Notes: generated from the letters alone by a model not told the origin. A stretch of DNA of 64,000 nucleotides from Aureliella sp. (GCA_963691875.1 OY829846.1:737465-801464); one strand, 5' to 3'; numbered from the stretch's first letter, positions 31,001 to 40,786 are shown. Made by a program: numbers and translations.

Positions 31001-31811
31001 CAAGCAATTTCCCCGCCAACCCGTTGACGCCGCAGTTCAGAAATTAGGAGAACTTCGTAGATTATTCTTCACGCTGATAGAACACCTGAAAGACACCGTC
31101 GAACGACAAGCAGAGTTGAGTGACGAAACCAATGAAGCTTTACCACGGAAGAGCCCGAGTCACCAGGAGCTGGGGGCAATGCAGAACAGGCAAAGCGAAC
31201 TCCAAGATATTTCACGGCAGATCGCACAAGAACTAGTCAAGCAGGGTGAGCAGACGAAAGCTAGCACACAGTCTCCCGCCGGATCGGCAACGGGAGATCC
31301 ACAAGACGCTGTTCCTGATCCGCAGCAATTGCTCGATCAGGCCGAAAATATGGTGGAGGCAGCCAGACTGGTAGAGGAGGGCGCAAACCTGATGAAAACG
31401 GCTAAAGAGCAGATCCAGGACTTCATAAAGATCGAAACAGAGCCAGCCCAGAACCCCGCAATCAAACAGTCAGATCCTCCAGAGCAATTTGATGATAGCA
31501 AGGGAATAGCCAAATCAGCCAAAGAAATCTCTGACTCTCAGACTCAAGCGTTGCAAAAGCTGGTCGAAGCCCTGGAATTGCTCGATCAGCAACAAGACCA
31601 GGACGATCAACAGCAAGGCCAGCAACAGAATGAAAATGATCAGCAACAAGATCAACAGGAGCAACAGCAGAATCAATCTCAGCCACAACAGCAGCAGCAA
31701 ATGAATGCCGAGCAAATGTTGCAAGCCATTCGGGATCGCGAAGCCCAGCGCAGAGAAGATAAGAATCGCAGGGCTGTGTTATCCAGCGGAGCAGTGGAGA
31801 AAGACTGGTAG
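28077..31811 (+). CDS. BatB (vWA) - BatC (TPR, Q-rich, C-terminal KDW) fusion with a long helical insert, 1244 aa
   Basis: LMRPQWG, DLSKSM..EDV.PSRLE, ITDGEDH; TPR-like LYNMG/AR.NLE; Q-rich tract near 31590-31700; ends VEKDW. Confidence 0.85.
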   Translation: MDEFRFAELSWVHAMWIVMLVAIVLIGLELRGRSILDRLVSTLMQNRLVSRISLSRRLCSIAIFCLGLVAVVFGLMRPQWGMTVQKMARVDSQIMICLDLSKSMLAEDVVPSRLERSKAEIDSLLALLDEGQQVGLIGFAGKATVLCPMTTDFGFLRLILREASPSIVGMGGTRIGEALQKAADGFRETGDVNRLILLITDGEDHDSFPLDAAEKAKEKGSRVVCVGFGDEIGSKIEVTDPQTGVRRFVKDSEGNAVLSALDGETLRDIALKTEGAYVPAGTRALDLQSIYDTHIKTLLKGSDTKEDRVIRNEGFQWCILVALPLIVVSFLMRIQVNSPVASRRFTQAAAPLVAFLFIVISPVRPSQAATLLVQTSAAIEEPGERNTKADKTDESAAFDDKTEESDTAEADEDPPQLRELDQPPRTLYNMGIRLISANPDRAEKLLTEARNKAGVDGELRYRSLFNLSWVELERSEKKLESESEKALQHLEYAAGYLRDAIRIRPDADEARKNLELVMQKILALRDKLAKKNEETYESRLDDLIQAQREHQAELQQLTIIADSLDNVSKMRDAFRKVGVTQRRVISNMQVLHTDALRELESLRQETAQAANSRGPSSTASKPVAPGENQIDPRLRMAQLEQVSFYLDQALQSIARSRSFTRRSQADRAFLRWSAALTQTKRARDQLRNPVELLQRLAGEGVQIGQGIKQVQFSASKGEPAQSTTPAWLTDDYLQDEQSQMIQRCDELRMIFEGTVENSESQAGSETGDNGQQKTMLENIKLAIPELNKATSLHKDVLQELRSKRYSKALEDNGDAGLAMLRAAEFFSNLQQMIETSYSVESQIAAMEKAARSQIAEENWDATLELFAGLQEQNQIRRKRLVVLLQQEKERVESQNSESQPQNPAAPPTSGAQDAEAQKQQLKRIEIALQIVDALEADMAAVTTGIKGMQAADRSSNERPPSPETTFQSAESVLWRKQFPRQPVDAAVQKLGELRRLFFTLIEHLKDTVERQAELSDETNEALPRKSPSHQELGAMQNRQSELQDISRQIAQELVKQGEQTKASTQSPAGSATGDPQDAVPDPQQLLDQAENMVEAARLVEEGANLMKTAKEQIQDFIKIETEPAQNPAIKQSDPPEQFDDSKGIAKSAKEISDSQTQALQKLVEALELLDQQQDQDDQQQGQQQNENDQQQDQQEQQQNQSQPQQQQQMNAEQMLQAIRDREAQRREDKNRRAVLSSGAVEKDW

Positions 31812-31812
31812 G

Positions 31813-33603
31813 ATGAGAGCTTCTGTTCATTGCATTCTGGTTCTGTGCGTCGCGGGGCTTTGCTGCCTGACGAGCAAGCAAGCCGCGGACGCCCAAACTG
31901 TTCGGGTTACCGCGGATACCGAATCGACGCATTTTGTGGGAGTTCCGTTGTCGTTCGAAATCGTTATTTCGGATGTCAGCATGTTCGCTGACGCCAACTG
32001 CGAGTTCCGCGGCAAGGCATCGAGTGACATCACAGTTCGCCAGGGACGAGTCTCGAAGCAGTCTTTCAATGGCGTGGGCTCGATTCGTTACGGATTCGAA
32101 TGCATTAGCGCCAAGCAGGGCAAAGTCGAGGTCGGCCCCTTCAAGGTCTCGGTTGGTGATCAAGAGGTGGAGATCAAGCCAATCGTTTTCGAGTTTGGAG
32201 AAGTGCCTGCCGATCCGAACATGACCCTAAGTCTAAAGCTGCCCAATTCAAGAATCTATGTTGGCCAACGCGTTCCGCTTGAAGTTGAGTGGGCGATTTA
32301 CGGCGAATCCAACAACGAAGTCAACCATGCCTTTAATCGCCTAGAGATTCGCTCCAGATTCTTCGACATGTTTGAATTCACCGATACACCACGCACCAGA
32401 AGGGACCAGCTAACGTTAAGGATCGCTACGAAACGAGGGGCTGCTGAACTTGTCGCTGATCAGAAAATTGAGGAGCGAAACGGGAAGAACTTTCTCGTCG
32501 TCACCGCAAAACGCTCCTTCACTCCCGACAAAAGCGGAGTATTCGAGGACATTCAGCTCTTCTGCAACTCACAGAGAGCGACTCAGTTCCGCAACGCGGG
32601 CTTTGCATTTTCCTCTCGCTATGAACCGGTTAATCCCAAGCCGATATCAGCAGCATCTTCTCCCCTGCTGCTCGAGGTCTTGCCGATTCCCACTGCGAGA
32701 CGTCCCGCTGGCTTTGGCGGGGCTGTCGGCGAATCTTTCGCAATACAAGCTGCCACCAATCGGTCAATCGTGCGAGTCGGTGATCCCATCTCTTTGGACC
32801 TAACGGTGTCAGGTGTCGGCAATCTGACTGAGGTTTCGATTCCATTAACGGGCGAAAGTGCCATTCTTGATCGCGAATATTTTGACGTCCCCAACGAGCC
32901 ACCAACCGGGAATTTGGCCGCCGGAACTAAGCAGTTCAAGATTCCTATTCGTGTGACGGACGAATCCATCACGGAGATTCCGCCCATTCCCTTGTCTTGG
33001 TTCAACCCAGTCAAGGAAGAGTTTGAAACGATCTACACCAAACCAATCGCGTTGCAGGTCAAAGAAGCTCAAATGCTCGATAACTCGGCCATCGTTTCCA
33101 CTCAGCCAACAACTCCCGAAGAGCGGCCGCAAGCGGATGAGAAAACAAAGAAGTCCAGAAACGCGGTACAACTCAATGCAGCAAATCTTGCCATTCAGAC
33201 GGACCCGACGTTATTGCTGGCTGCATCAGGGGTCTTCCATTTCAGAACGCTTCATTGGGTGTTTTACGGAGCATCGATAGCACTCATATTGACCGCTTTT
33301 GTCTATCGGAAAATGGGGACGAAGGATCCGGAGCGATCGCAAAGCAAGAGTTTGAGCCGCCAGACACAAGCTCAAATCGATTCGGCATTGTCCGCAGAGC
33401 CTGCACAAGGACTGTCCGATATTGCAGAGGCACTTCGAAAATGGATAGCAGAAAATCCAGAAGGCCCTCGAGATTCGCTTGAGCAATTGATATCACAGTG
33501 CGAAGAGTTACGATTTGCCAGCGCCGCGATTGATTCCTCGCGGGTGAACGCCATAGCGAGTGAAGCCAAGGAGTCGATTCGATCGCTGGAGGCGAGAAGG
33601 TGA
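31813..33603 (+). CDS. batD: BatD family protein
   Basis: Signal peptide, repeated Ig-like segments, V.PIP...RP..F.GAVG, G.GNL, IPPI.LSWFNP, late TM. Confidence 0.85.
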   Translation: MRASVHCILVLCVAGLCCLTSKQAADAQTVRVTADTESTHFVGVPLSFEIVISDVSMFADANCEFRGKASSDITVRQGRVSKQSFNGVGSIRYGFECISAKQGKVEVGPFKVSVGDQEVEIKPIVFEFGEVPADPNMTLSLKLPNSRIYVGQRVPLEVEWAIYGESNNEVNHAFNRLEIRSRFFDMFEFTDTPRTRRDQLTLRIATKRGAAELVADQKIEERNGKNFLVVTAKRSFTPDKSGVFEDIQLFCNSQRATQFRNAGFAFSSRYEPVNPKPISAASSPLLLEVLPIPTARRPAGFGGAVGESFAIQAATNRSIVRVGDPISLDLTVSGVGNLTEVSIPLTGESAILDREYFDVPNEPPTGNLAAGTKQFKIPIRVTDESITEIPPIPLSWFNPVKEEFETIYTKPIALQVKEAQMLDNSAIVSTQPTTPEERPQADEKTKKSRNAVQLNAANLAIQTDPTLLLAASGVFHFRTLHWVFYGASIALILTAFVYRKMGTKDPERSQSKSLSRQTQAQIDSALSAEPAQGLSDIAEALRKWIAENPEGPRDSLEQLISQCEELRFASAAIDSSRVNAIASEAKESIRSLEARR

Positions 33604-33673
33604 GCGAGTTCGAACGGACCGAGGCTTTTCAAATCAAGACATCTGCTCAACATTCCGGTGGGGGCCTCGAATC

Positions 33674-34501
33674 ATGATGGCATTTCGGCGAAGCTCGCTA
33701 CAGGTGTTCTGTCTTCTGACTGTATCCCTTCCGATTCCGCTCTCAGCCGCATACGCTGAATCGGATGCCGAGGCGATGTTGGCACGCGCGATTAATGATT
33801 ACTCTTTGGCTATGGAAGAAACTGCACGTGACCAGCAGCTCTCGGCCTTTGCAAAATCCGAACAGCTTTTCCGACAAGTCGCCGAGGCTCTACAGGCCGA
33901 AGGGCGGGAGCCCAACGCAGAACTGCTTATCAACTTAGGAAATTCAGCCCTCCAAGCAGAGCATCTCGGCGTGTCGATCCTTAACTATCGCCGGGCTTTG
34001 ATTCATTCGCCGGACAGTACCCAAGCTAGACAGAACCTGGCCTTTGCTCGAACCCAAGTTGAAGACTGGGCTCAGTACAATGCCGAAGATCCCCTGATTG
34101 ACACGCTGTTTTTTTGGCGGCAGAGGTTCTCTCGCAGCTCCATTCTTGGTGTGGCGGCGTTGAGTTTCCTCCTAGCGTCACTGCTTATTGCGACATCCAT
34201 TGCTTTCCGCCTTAGTTTGCTCCGCAATCTTGCTTTGTTACCGGTCATCATCTGGGGAATTCTACTGTTATCGCTTATCGGCAATCGCGAGAGCCGAAGC
34301 GACGGAGTGATCATTGCTGGTGAAGTTGTTCTAAGGTCTGCAAACAGCAGCAATGCTCAAGAAGTCCTTTCCCAGCCGCTTCCGGATGGCACAGAAGTGC
34401 AAATCTCAGAACGACGCGAAGGCTGGGTTGAAGTTCTTGTGGCCGGAAGAAGTGGCTGGGTTCAAGCGAGGGAAGTCGCAGTCGTCAATCCTTCCATGTA
34501 G
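33674..34501 (+). CDS. BatE-like TPR + TM + SH3 protein
   Basis: TPR-like NLGN...YRRAL...AR.NL.FAR; two TMs; L.DGTEV.I.ERREGWVEV...SGWV. Confidence 0.8.
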   Translation: MMAFRRSSLQVFCLLTVSLPIPLSAAYAESDAEAMLARAINDYSLAMEETARDQQLSAFAKSEQLFRQVAEALQAEGREPNAELLINLGNSALQAEHLGVSILNYRRALIHSPDSTQARQNLAFARTQVEDWAQYNAEDPLIDTLFFWRQRFSRSSILGVAALSFLLASLLIATSIAFRLSLLRNLALLPVIIWGILLLSLIGNRESRSDGVIIAGEVVLRSANSSNAQEVLSQPLPDGTEVQISERREGWVEVLVAGRSGWVQAREVAVVNPSM

Positions 34502-34526
34502 TACTTTCATCCAAACCATCTCGACA

Positions 34527-35987
34527 TCACTTCTTCCTACGGCTGCCGTCATTGTTCGGATCCCAATTCGGATTTGGCGACGGAAGCTGTGCTGCGATTC
34601 GCTCTCGCCAAGACTTGAGTTTGGCATAAAGAGAAGCGGTCTTCTCTGGCAGTTCTCGGCTGAGATCCTTATTCTCCCCAATGTCGACCGAAAGATCATA
34701 GAGCCTTAAGCTGTCGTCTTCGAAGAACTCAATCAGTCGGAAGCTCCCACAACGTATGGCCGAGTACGGGCCATCACCACCTGCGTGGTAATGCGGGTAG
34801 TGCCAGTACAAGTCTCGGTCAAACTCGTGCTCTGGGTTTCTGAAAACCGGTAGCAGATTGACGCCATCTACGTTTACATTGTGTTTCTCGTTGCCGCGTG
34901 CCCCCGCCAGAGCCAGCAGAGTCGGATAGTAATCGATCGTCATGATTGCTGTATCGGACTGGGCACCGGCTGGCAGATTGCTGGGCCACTTCACAATAGC
35001 TGGAACACGCACACCTCCTTCATATGCCGAGCCTTTACCGCGCCGCAACGGCAAGTTCTCGGTGAAGTTATCATGGACTCCGTAACGCTGCGTAAGACCA
35101 CCATTGTCGGAAGTAAAGATAACAATCGTATTCTCTTCAATGCCGCTGCTTTTCAAAGCATCTAGGACACGCCCCACACTTTGATCGAGACTGGCCACCA
35201 TCGCGGCATAGGTTGGGTTACGATGGATAGCTTTTGCGTCTACTTTCGCACGAAATTTTTCGACGAGATCTTGTCGTCCTTGAATCGGTGTGTGTGGAGT
35301 GTGGTAGGCGAAGTAAAGAAAGAATGGCTCGCCAGAATCTGCCGACTTTGCAATGTACTCACAAGCTTGATCCGTTAGCCAATCCGTCACATAACCTTCC
35401 TGAGCCTTAGCTTTCGCGTTGCCCGAGCGCAGGAAGTACCCTTTCGTGCCATCCGGTTTTTGAATCGAAAAATCAAATCCCTGACTAAGCGCATCGGTTC
35501 CGTCAGGCGTCTTCCGACTTGTTGGAGAGTTTAAATGCCATTTTCCAACATGAGCTGTACGATACCCAGCTTCCTTTAAAGCTTCTGCGATGGTCACATG
35601 CCTTGATTCAAGTTTTTTGGTCCACTCAGGAATCTTGAGCTTCGCTCGGGGACGATTCTGTCCCGCGATAAAATCTGTGCATCGAAGCCGGGCGGGATAC
35701 ATGCCGGTCATAATGGACGCGCGTGTTGGTGAGCAAACCGTGCAAGCAGCATAAGCACTCGTAAACTTGACGCCGTCGTTTACCATCCGATCCAAATTCG
35801 GAGTTTCGTAGAAATCACTGCCGAAACTGCCCGTTCCTGTCCAACCTAAGTCATCAGCTAATAAAAAAACTATGTTGGGCCTCTGCACTACTTTCGGTTC
35901 CGAACGCTCATCGGCATAACAGCTCTGCGAGGACGCATTCGGGAGAACAAGAAGCAATAGGACCAAGGTTCGTAGAAATTGGGGCAT
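34527..35987 (-). CDS. Secreted Cys-type sulfatase (arylsulfatase family)
   Basis: Minus strand confirmed by reverse complement; PNIVFLLADDLG, CSPTRASIMTG (CxPxR), GKWHL, SDNGG. Confidence 0.95.
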   Translation of the reverse strand: MPQFLRTLVLLLLVLPNASSQSCYADERSEPKVVQRPNIVFLLADDLGWTGTGSFGSDFYETPNLDRMVNDGVKFTSAYAACTVCSPTRASIMTGMYPARLRCTDFIAGQNRPRAKLKIPEWTKKLESRHVTIAEALKEAGYRTAHVGKWHLNSPTSRKTPDGTDALSQGFDFSIQKPDGTKGYFLRSGNAKAKAQEGYVTDWLTDQACEYIAKSADSGEPFFLYFAYHTPHTPIQGRQDLVEKFRAKVDAKAIHRNPTYAAMVASLDQSVGRVLDALKSSGIEENTIVIFTSDNGGLTQRYGVHDNFTENLPLRRGKGSAYEGGVRVPAIVKWPSNLPAGAQSDTAIMTIDYYPTLLALAGARGNEKHNVNVDGVNLLPVFRNPEHEFDRDLYWHYPHYHAGGDGPYSAIRCGSFRLIEFFEDDSLRLYDLSVDIGENKDLSRELPEKTASLYAKLKSWRERIAAQLPSPNPNWDPNNDGSRRKK

Positions 35988-36160
35988 TAAGGCTCTCTCA
36001 CCATTCAAGGGCGCGAATCCGACTAACTCAATTCTTGACCCACGACGACCTATTGTCGCTGGCTTGTGCGGGTTTCAGTCGAGTATACTGGAGCGTCGAA
36101 ATGGCTGGAGTCGCCAGACGCCATTTTCTCTTAGCTCGCCGCACATCGATATGGAATCGC

Positions 36161-39100
36161 ATGAGACGATTAACGAACCGAACAGTCTTGGCAGTTTGCT
36201 TTCTACTTCTTGCATGCCTTAGCGTCAGGTCCTCAAGTGGCCAAGGGACATTTGTCGAGCAATTGCTGTCCACTCAACCAGTCGATCTCGTTAATCAGGT
36301 TCGTGCAAACGGCGACGCGAAACGTGGTGCGATTTTGTTCCACCAGCCGCATCTTCAATGCTCGAAATGTCACGCCGTCGATGCAAATGCTTCTCCACTA
36401 GGTCCAAATCTGGCGAAGTGGAAAGAGCAGCCGACCCCCCAATATCTGCTGAATTCCATCCTGAAGCCTTCCGAGACCATTCGAGAAGGTTACGCGACGG
36501 TTTCCGTACTAACGGAAGACGACCAAGTCGTAACGGGTATCTCGGTTTCCAAAGACGAGAAGTTTATCGAACTTCGCGACCCGGCGGAGCCAGAGCGCAT
36601 ACAGCAGTTTGAGCGTGATTCACTTCAAGCTGTTTCTCAGCCGAAAAAGTCCGTGATGCCGGCAGGGCTCATTGCGCAGCTGGCTGGCAAAGAGCAATTC
36701 TATGACCTCGCGAAGTATGTATTGGAAATCGCAGAATTGGGAGCAGAGCGTGCTGCAGAGCTGCAACCGCCGGCCAACATGACTCAGCTCCCACCTTTGC
36801 CTGAGTATGAAGATCGGATCGCCCATGCACAAATGCTTAGCAGCTTGGACAAAGAGTCCTTCAAACGCGGGGAGAAGATCTACAATCGAGTGTGTGCGAA
36901 TTGCCACGGAACCCAAGAACGAGAAGGCTCCTTGCCAACATCGCCCAGGTTCGCGTCGGTCAAGAAACTGAAGAACGGGCATGATCCGTTCCGAATGTAT
37001 CAAACCTTGACACATGGCCACGGCCTCATGGTAGCTCAGCGTTGGATGGTGCCTCAGCAAAAGTACGATGTAATCCACTACATACGCGAAGACTATTTCA
37101 AGAATAAGAACCAGGATCTCTACAGTGAACTAAGTGACGCGTTTCTCGCCGGACTCCCCAAGGGTGATACAACTGGACCCGAACCGGTGCGATTCGATCC
37201 CTACGTCGCAATGGATTACGGCCCATCGCTCGTCAATACCTATGAAATCCAGCTGAACAATAATGGAGACCGAGTCGGACGAGACCTCGGACGAGGCCCA
37301 CGAAGCAATGATCCTTGGGCGAATCCTGACAACTACTTCGCGCCGGGTGAAGCTCCAAACTACGCATACAAAGGAATCGCAGTCCGATTAGATTCCGGTG
37401 CCGGCGGTGTCTCGCGTGGTCACTACTGGATGGTTTACGATCATGACACAATGAGCATGAATGCAGCCTGGAGCGGTGATTCATTCATCGACTACTGCTG
37501 CATTCAGTTTGATGGGCAGCACAATACTCACAACCGGCTCACAGGCGAGATCCATATTGAGAATCCTGTAGGCCCTGGATGGGGCCAGCCTTTGACAGGT
37601 GTCTTTCAAGACCCGAGACCTGTCGGCCGTGATGGTCGAGCCTACGGTCCGCTCCCCTCTGCTTGGTACAAGTATCACGGGCTCTATCACCACGGCTTGA
37701 AGACGATCCTCAGTTACCGAGTTGGCAATGCGGAAGTGCTCGAGCTTCCAACGGTGATTGAGACGGATGAGCCCATCTTCGTTCGACACTTGAACATTGG
37801 TCCTGCGGAACATCAACTGCGTTTGCGACTCGGGCCTGCCGGAACTCAAGCCAAGATTAACGGCAGCAATCTTGCAAGTATCGAAGAACAAGCCGGCTTT
37901 GCGGTTATGGTCTTGCAGCGACATGATTCCACCCTTCGACTCCAAGTTCTGTTGAGCGACGGTGATATCGATGATTCCATTGAGATCCCAGAAGTCGGAG
38001 ACCTCACTGATTACACCAAGGGCAGCCGAGCGCGTTGGCCCGAACGAGTGAAGACCTCGATCAAGACAGTGCACGACGACGTGTTCGCGGTCGACGAGCT
38101 GACCTTGCCGAGCTCGAATCCTTGGAACGCCCAAGTCCGCGCCACAGGTTTGGACTTCTTCGCCGATGGCAAGCGGATGGCACTTTGCACTTGGGATGGC
38201 GACGTCTGGCTAATCAACGGCGCCTCGGAAGAAAGCGGCGAGTTGGAGTGGCAGCGAATTGCGACGGGCATGTTCCAGCCTCTGGGACTCAAGATCGTTG
38301 ACGAGCAGATTTTTGTGACTTGTCGAGACCAATTGGTTCGCCTGCATGATCTGAACGGCGACAACGAAACGGACTTCTATGAGAACTTCAACAGTGATCA
38401 CCAAGTCACTGAGCATTTCCATGAATTCGCGATGGGCTTGCAGGCGGACGATAGTGGCAACTTCTATTACGCCAAAAGCGGTCGCCACGCCAAGCGAGCA
38501 GTGGTGCCTCACCACGGCACTTTGCTTCGCGTTGCATCTGACGGCAGTCGCACGGACATCATCGCCACCGGATTCCGTGCCGCCAATGGCGTGTGCATGA
38601 ACCCTGACGGTTCTTTCTTTGTGACTGACCAGGAAGGGCACTGGAACCCAAAGAACCGAATCAACTGGGTGACCGAAGGTGGATTCTACGGCAATATGTA
38701 TAGCTTCACCGATGTAGTCGATTCCTCCGACTCAGCGATGCAGCAACCATTGTGCTGGATTACCAATGCTTTCGATCGTTCTCCTGCAGAATTACTCTGG
38801 GTGCCAGAGAACGCTTGGGGCGAGCTTGGGGGAAGTCTTCTCAACCTATCGTACGGTTACGGAAAGATCTTTGTCGTCCCTCACGAATCGGTCAATGGAC
38901 AGCTGCAGGGTGGTATGTGCCAGTTGCCGATCCCTGACTTTCCATCTGGATTGGTTCGAGGGCGTTTCCATCCGGAACGTGGCGATCTCTATGCTTGTGG
39001 AATGTTCTCTTGGGCAGGTAGCCGACAAGCCCCCGGCTGTTTCCACCGGGTTCGTTACACGGGTAGGCAAGCTAACCTGCCGCTAGAACTGAATGCGAGG

Positions 39101-39415
39101 CCCTCCGAGTTTGCAGTCCGATTCACCAACACAATTGACGCTGCTACAGTGAAAGACACTTCTCGCTATAAAGTCAGAGCTTGGGATCTGAAACGCACGC
39201 CAAACTACGGCTCGAAGCATTTCAATGAACGCGAACTCAGGGTCACTTCCGCAAGTCTGGACGCCGACGGAAAGACGGTTCTGCTTGCGATTCCCGACCT
39301 AGCACCTACGTGGGGAATGTCAGTCGAGTACCGCTTGAAATCGAAAGACGGAAAGGAATTCCGCGGACTCATACACAATTCCATTCATAACCTCACCGAC
39401 ACAGCGAAAGACTAG
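36161..39415 (+). CDS. Secreted protein with two c-type heme motifs, DUF6797-like and sugar-dehydrogenase-like propeller regions
   Basis: Signal peptide from ATG 36161; CSKCH and CANCH; MDYGP; G.FQPLGL, FHEF, GFRA.NG, DQEG.W.P. Confidence 0.85.
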   Translation: MRRLTNRTVLAVCFLLLACLSVRSSSGQGTFVEQLLSTQPVDLVNQVRANGDAKRGAILFHQPHLQCSKCHAVDANASPLGPNLAKWKEQPTPQYLLNSILKPSETIREGYATVSVLTEDDQVVTGISVSKDEKFIELRDPAEPERIQQFERDSLQAVSQPKKSVMPAGLIAQLAGKEQFYDLAKYVLEIAELGAERAAELQPPANMTQLPPLPEYEDRIAHAQMLSSLDKESFKRGEKIYNRVCANCHGTQEREGSLPTSPRFASVKKLKNGHDPFRMYQTLTHGHGLMVAQRWMVPQQKYDVIHYIREDYFKNKNQDLYSELSDAFLAGLPKGDTTGPEPVRFDPYVAMDYGPSLVNTYEIQLNNNGDRVGRDLGRGPRSNDPWANPDNYFAPGEAPNYAYKGIAVRLDSGAGGVSRGHYWMVYDHDTMSMNAAWSGDSFIDYCCIQFDGQHNTHNRLTGEIHIENPVGPGWGQPLTGVFQDPRPVGRDGRAYGPLPSAWYKYHGLYHHGLKTILSYRVGNAEVLELPTVIETDEPIFVRHLNIGPAEHQLRLRLGPAGTQAKINGSNLASIEEQAGFAVMVLQRHDSTLRLQVLLSDGDIDDSIEIPEVGDLTDYTKGSRARWPERVKTSIKTVHDDVFAVDELTLPSSNPWNAQVRATGLDFFADGKRMALCTWDGDVWLINGASEESGELEWQRIATGMFQPLGLKIVDEQIFVTCRDQLVRLHDLNGDNETDFYENFNSDHQVTEHFHEFAMGLQADDSGNFYYAKSGRHAKRAVVPHHGTLLRVASDGSRTDIIATGFRAANGVCMNPDGSFFVTDQEGHWNPKNRINWVTEGGFYGNMYSFTDVVDSSDSAMQQPLCWITNAFDRSPAELLWVPENAWGELGGSLLNLSYGYGKIFVVPHESVNGQLQGGMCQLPIPDFPSGLVRGRFHPERGDLYACGMFSWAGSRQAPGCFHRVRYTGRQANLPLELNARPSEFAVRFTNTIDAATVKDTSRYKVRAWDLKRTPNYGSKHFNERELRVTSASLDADGKTVLLAIPDLAPTWGMSVEYRLKSKDGKEFRGLIHNSIHNLTDTAKD

Positions 39416-39438
39416 GCGAACCCGATCGATTTTCAGCT

Positions 39439-39700
39439 ATGCTGCGCGAGCAATCATTGGCTGTGAGTAACTTCGCCAAACGGACCGCAGCTGTCTGCTG
39501 GGTCGCGCCCGCGTTGCTGGAAGTGGAGACGGGCTTCAGGAAGATTCACGACCACGGGCTTGACGCACTTAACGCCCCTTTCTCAGCTGTACAATCCCTT
39601 GTTTCAGAGCCGAGCTCGCCGGTTGACGCTTACCCAGTCAGTAGCTCCGGATGAACCAATATCCCCACCGTAATAGATCTTATGAATGCGAGACACACTC
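39439..39700 (+). mobile_element. Possible IS256 (mutator) transposase C-terminal remnant
   Basis: WVAPALLEVETGFRKIHDH resembles W.A..LLE.E..FRRI.GH; a possible element end lies near 39661-39700. Confidence 0.45.
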
Positions 39701-39763
39701 AATCCGCGGTTGCCACGAGTGCCCTGTTTATCGGCTTCGCGCGACTGCGCACATCTAATTCAA

Positions 39764-40786
39764 TCATTCAGTAGGATGGCGGCGGAGGTTGTATAGCCCT
39801 TGCAGCACCACCGAAACTGGAAGAATAGCCATTAGCAAAGCGGTAACTTCAATGAGTCTGTCCGAGCTTTGAAAACGCCTTCGGTTTTCCTTTAACTCAG
39901 CTGCTTGATTCCTCAAAGCCGTCTTCAGTCTAGGTACCTTCTTGTCCTTCGCAGTAGCCAAACTTTGTCGCGCTCGGTCCAATGACGTTATCGCGGAACG
40001 CAGGCTTGGCTTCAATTCTTGCTTCACAGCATTACGCACATCGCCCAACAACGCACCGGTTTCCTGCAAAGCCTCTGAGGCCTCCCTAAGTTCAAGCGAA
40101 AGCTGATCGAGCAGTTCCTTTTCCGATTCAAGTACTATCTTGTTCTTCCAGTCCACGAACTCGGGGATGGGGACACTCTCTGAACGAAAATTGGCCTGAA
40201 TTAACGCAGGCACTTCGACCATTTTTTTCGATCTCCCAATTTGCAGAGTTGGAATATCCAACTCTACTCTCGTTAAGCCCAGATCAAGCTTCTTCTTACT
40301 GGAGCCAAGCTTTGCCGTTGGATATGGAATCTCGACACTTTGTTTCTTTAGGTCCCAGGTTGGAATCTTGAACTCAAACTCCCTTTGCTTCATATCAATG
40401 CTGGGAATCTCAAGCGGCAGCAGCTTGGATACCCGCGCGACAACTTGACTCCCCTCACGCCCGACTTTTGCAAAGCCTTGGGCAGACGATTGCCAGCGTT
40501 GCATCGAAGATGCCAACTGATCGGCAATACCTTGCCCTGCAACGAGTGTAGAACGATGGCGCTCGAGACTCAAATCGATCTGGTCCATCGCACCTTGCCA
40601 ATCATGCAACAGATCTTTGCCCTCTGACAGTTGCGTTTGGGACTCTGAGGCTAAACGATCCAGTCCCAGAATGGATTCTCGCAGCTTGGGAGCAAGGTAG
40701 ACATAACCAACGACAACAGCAACAGGGCCGATAGCACCCGTCGTAATCTGCAACAGCGCAATGGAAGAGTATCTTGTCATGAACAT
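39764..40786 (-). CDS. Hypothetical membrane protein: TM - coiled coil - beta/Pro-rich segment - coiled coil - TM
   Basis: 340-aa ORF filling the gap between genes; hydrophobic ends; heptad-like flanks. Confidence 0.75.
   Translation of the reverse strand: MFMTRYSSIALLQITTGAIGPVAVVVGYVYLAPKLRESILGLDRLASESQTQLSEGKDLLHDWQGAMDQIDLSLERHRSTLVAGQGIADQLASSMQRWQSSAQGFAKVGREGSQVVARVSKLLPLEIPSIDMKQREFEFKIPTWDLKKQSVEIPYPTAKLGSSKKKLDLGLTRVELDIPTLQIGRSKKMVEVPALIQANFRSESVPIPEFVDWKNKIVLESEKELLDQLSLELREASEALQETGALLGDVRNAVKQELKPSLRSAITSLDRARQSLATAKDKKVPRLKTALRNQAAELKENRRRFQSSDRLIEVTALLMAILPVSVVLQGLYNLRRHPTE

Noticed and set aside
31515-31724. Poly-Leu minus-strand ORF as a membrane peptide
   Set aside because: It is the antisense shadow of the Q-rich CAA/CAG tract of the BatB-BatC gene.
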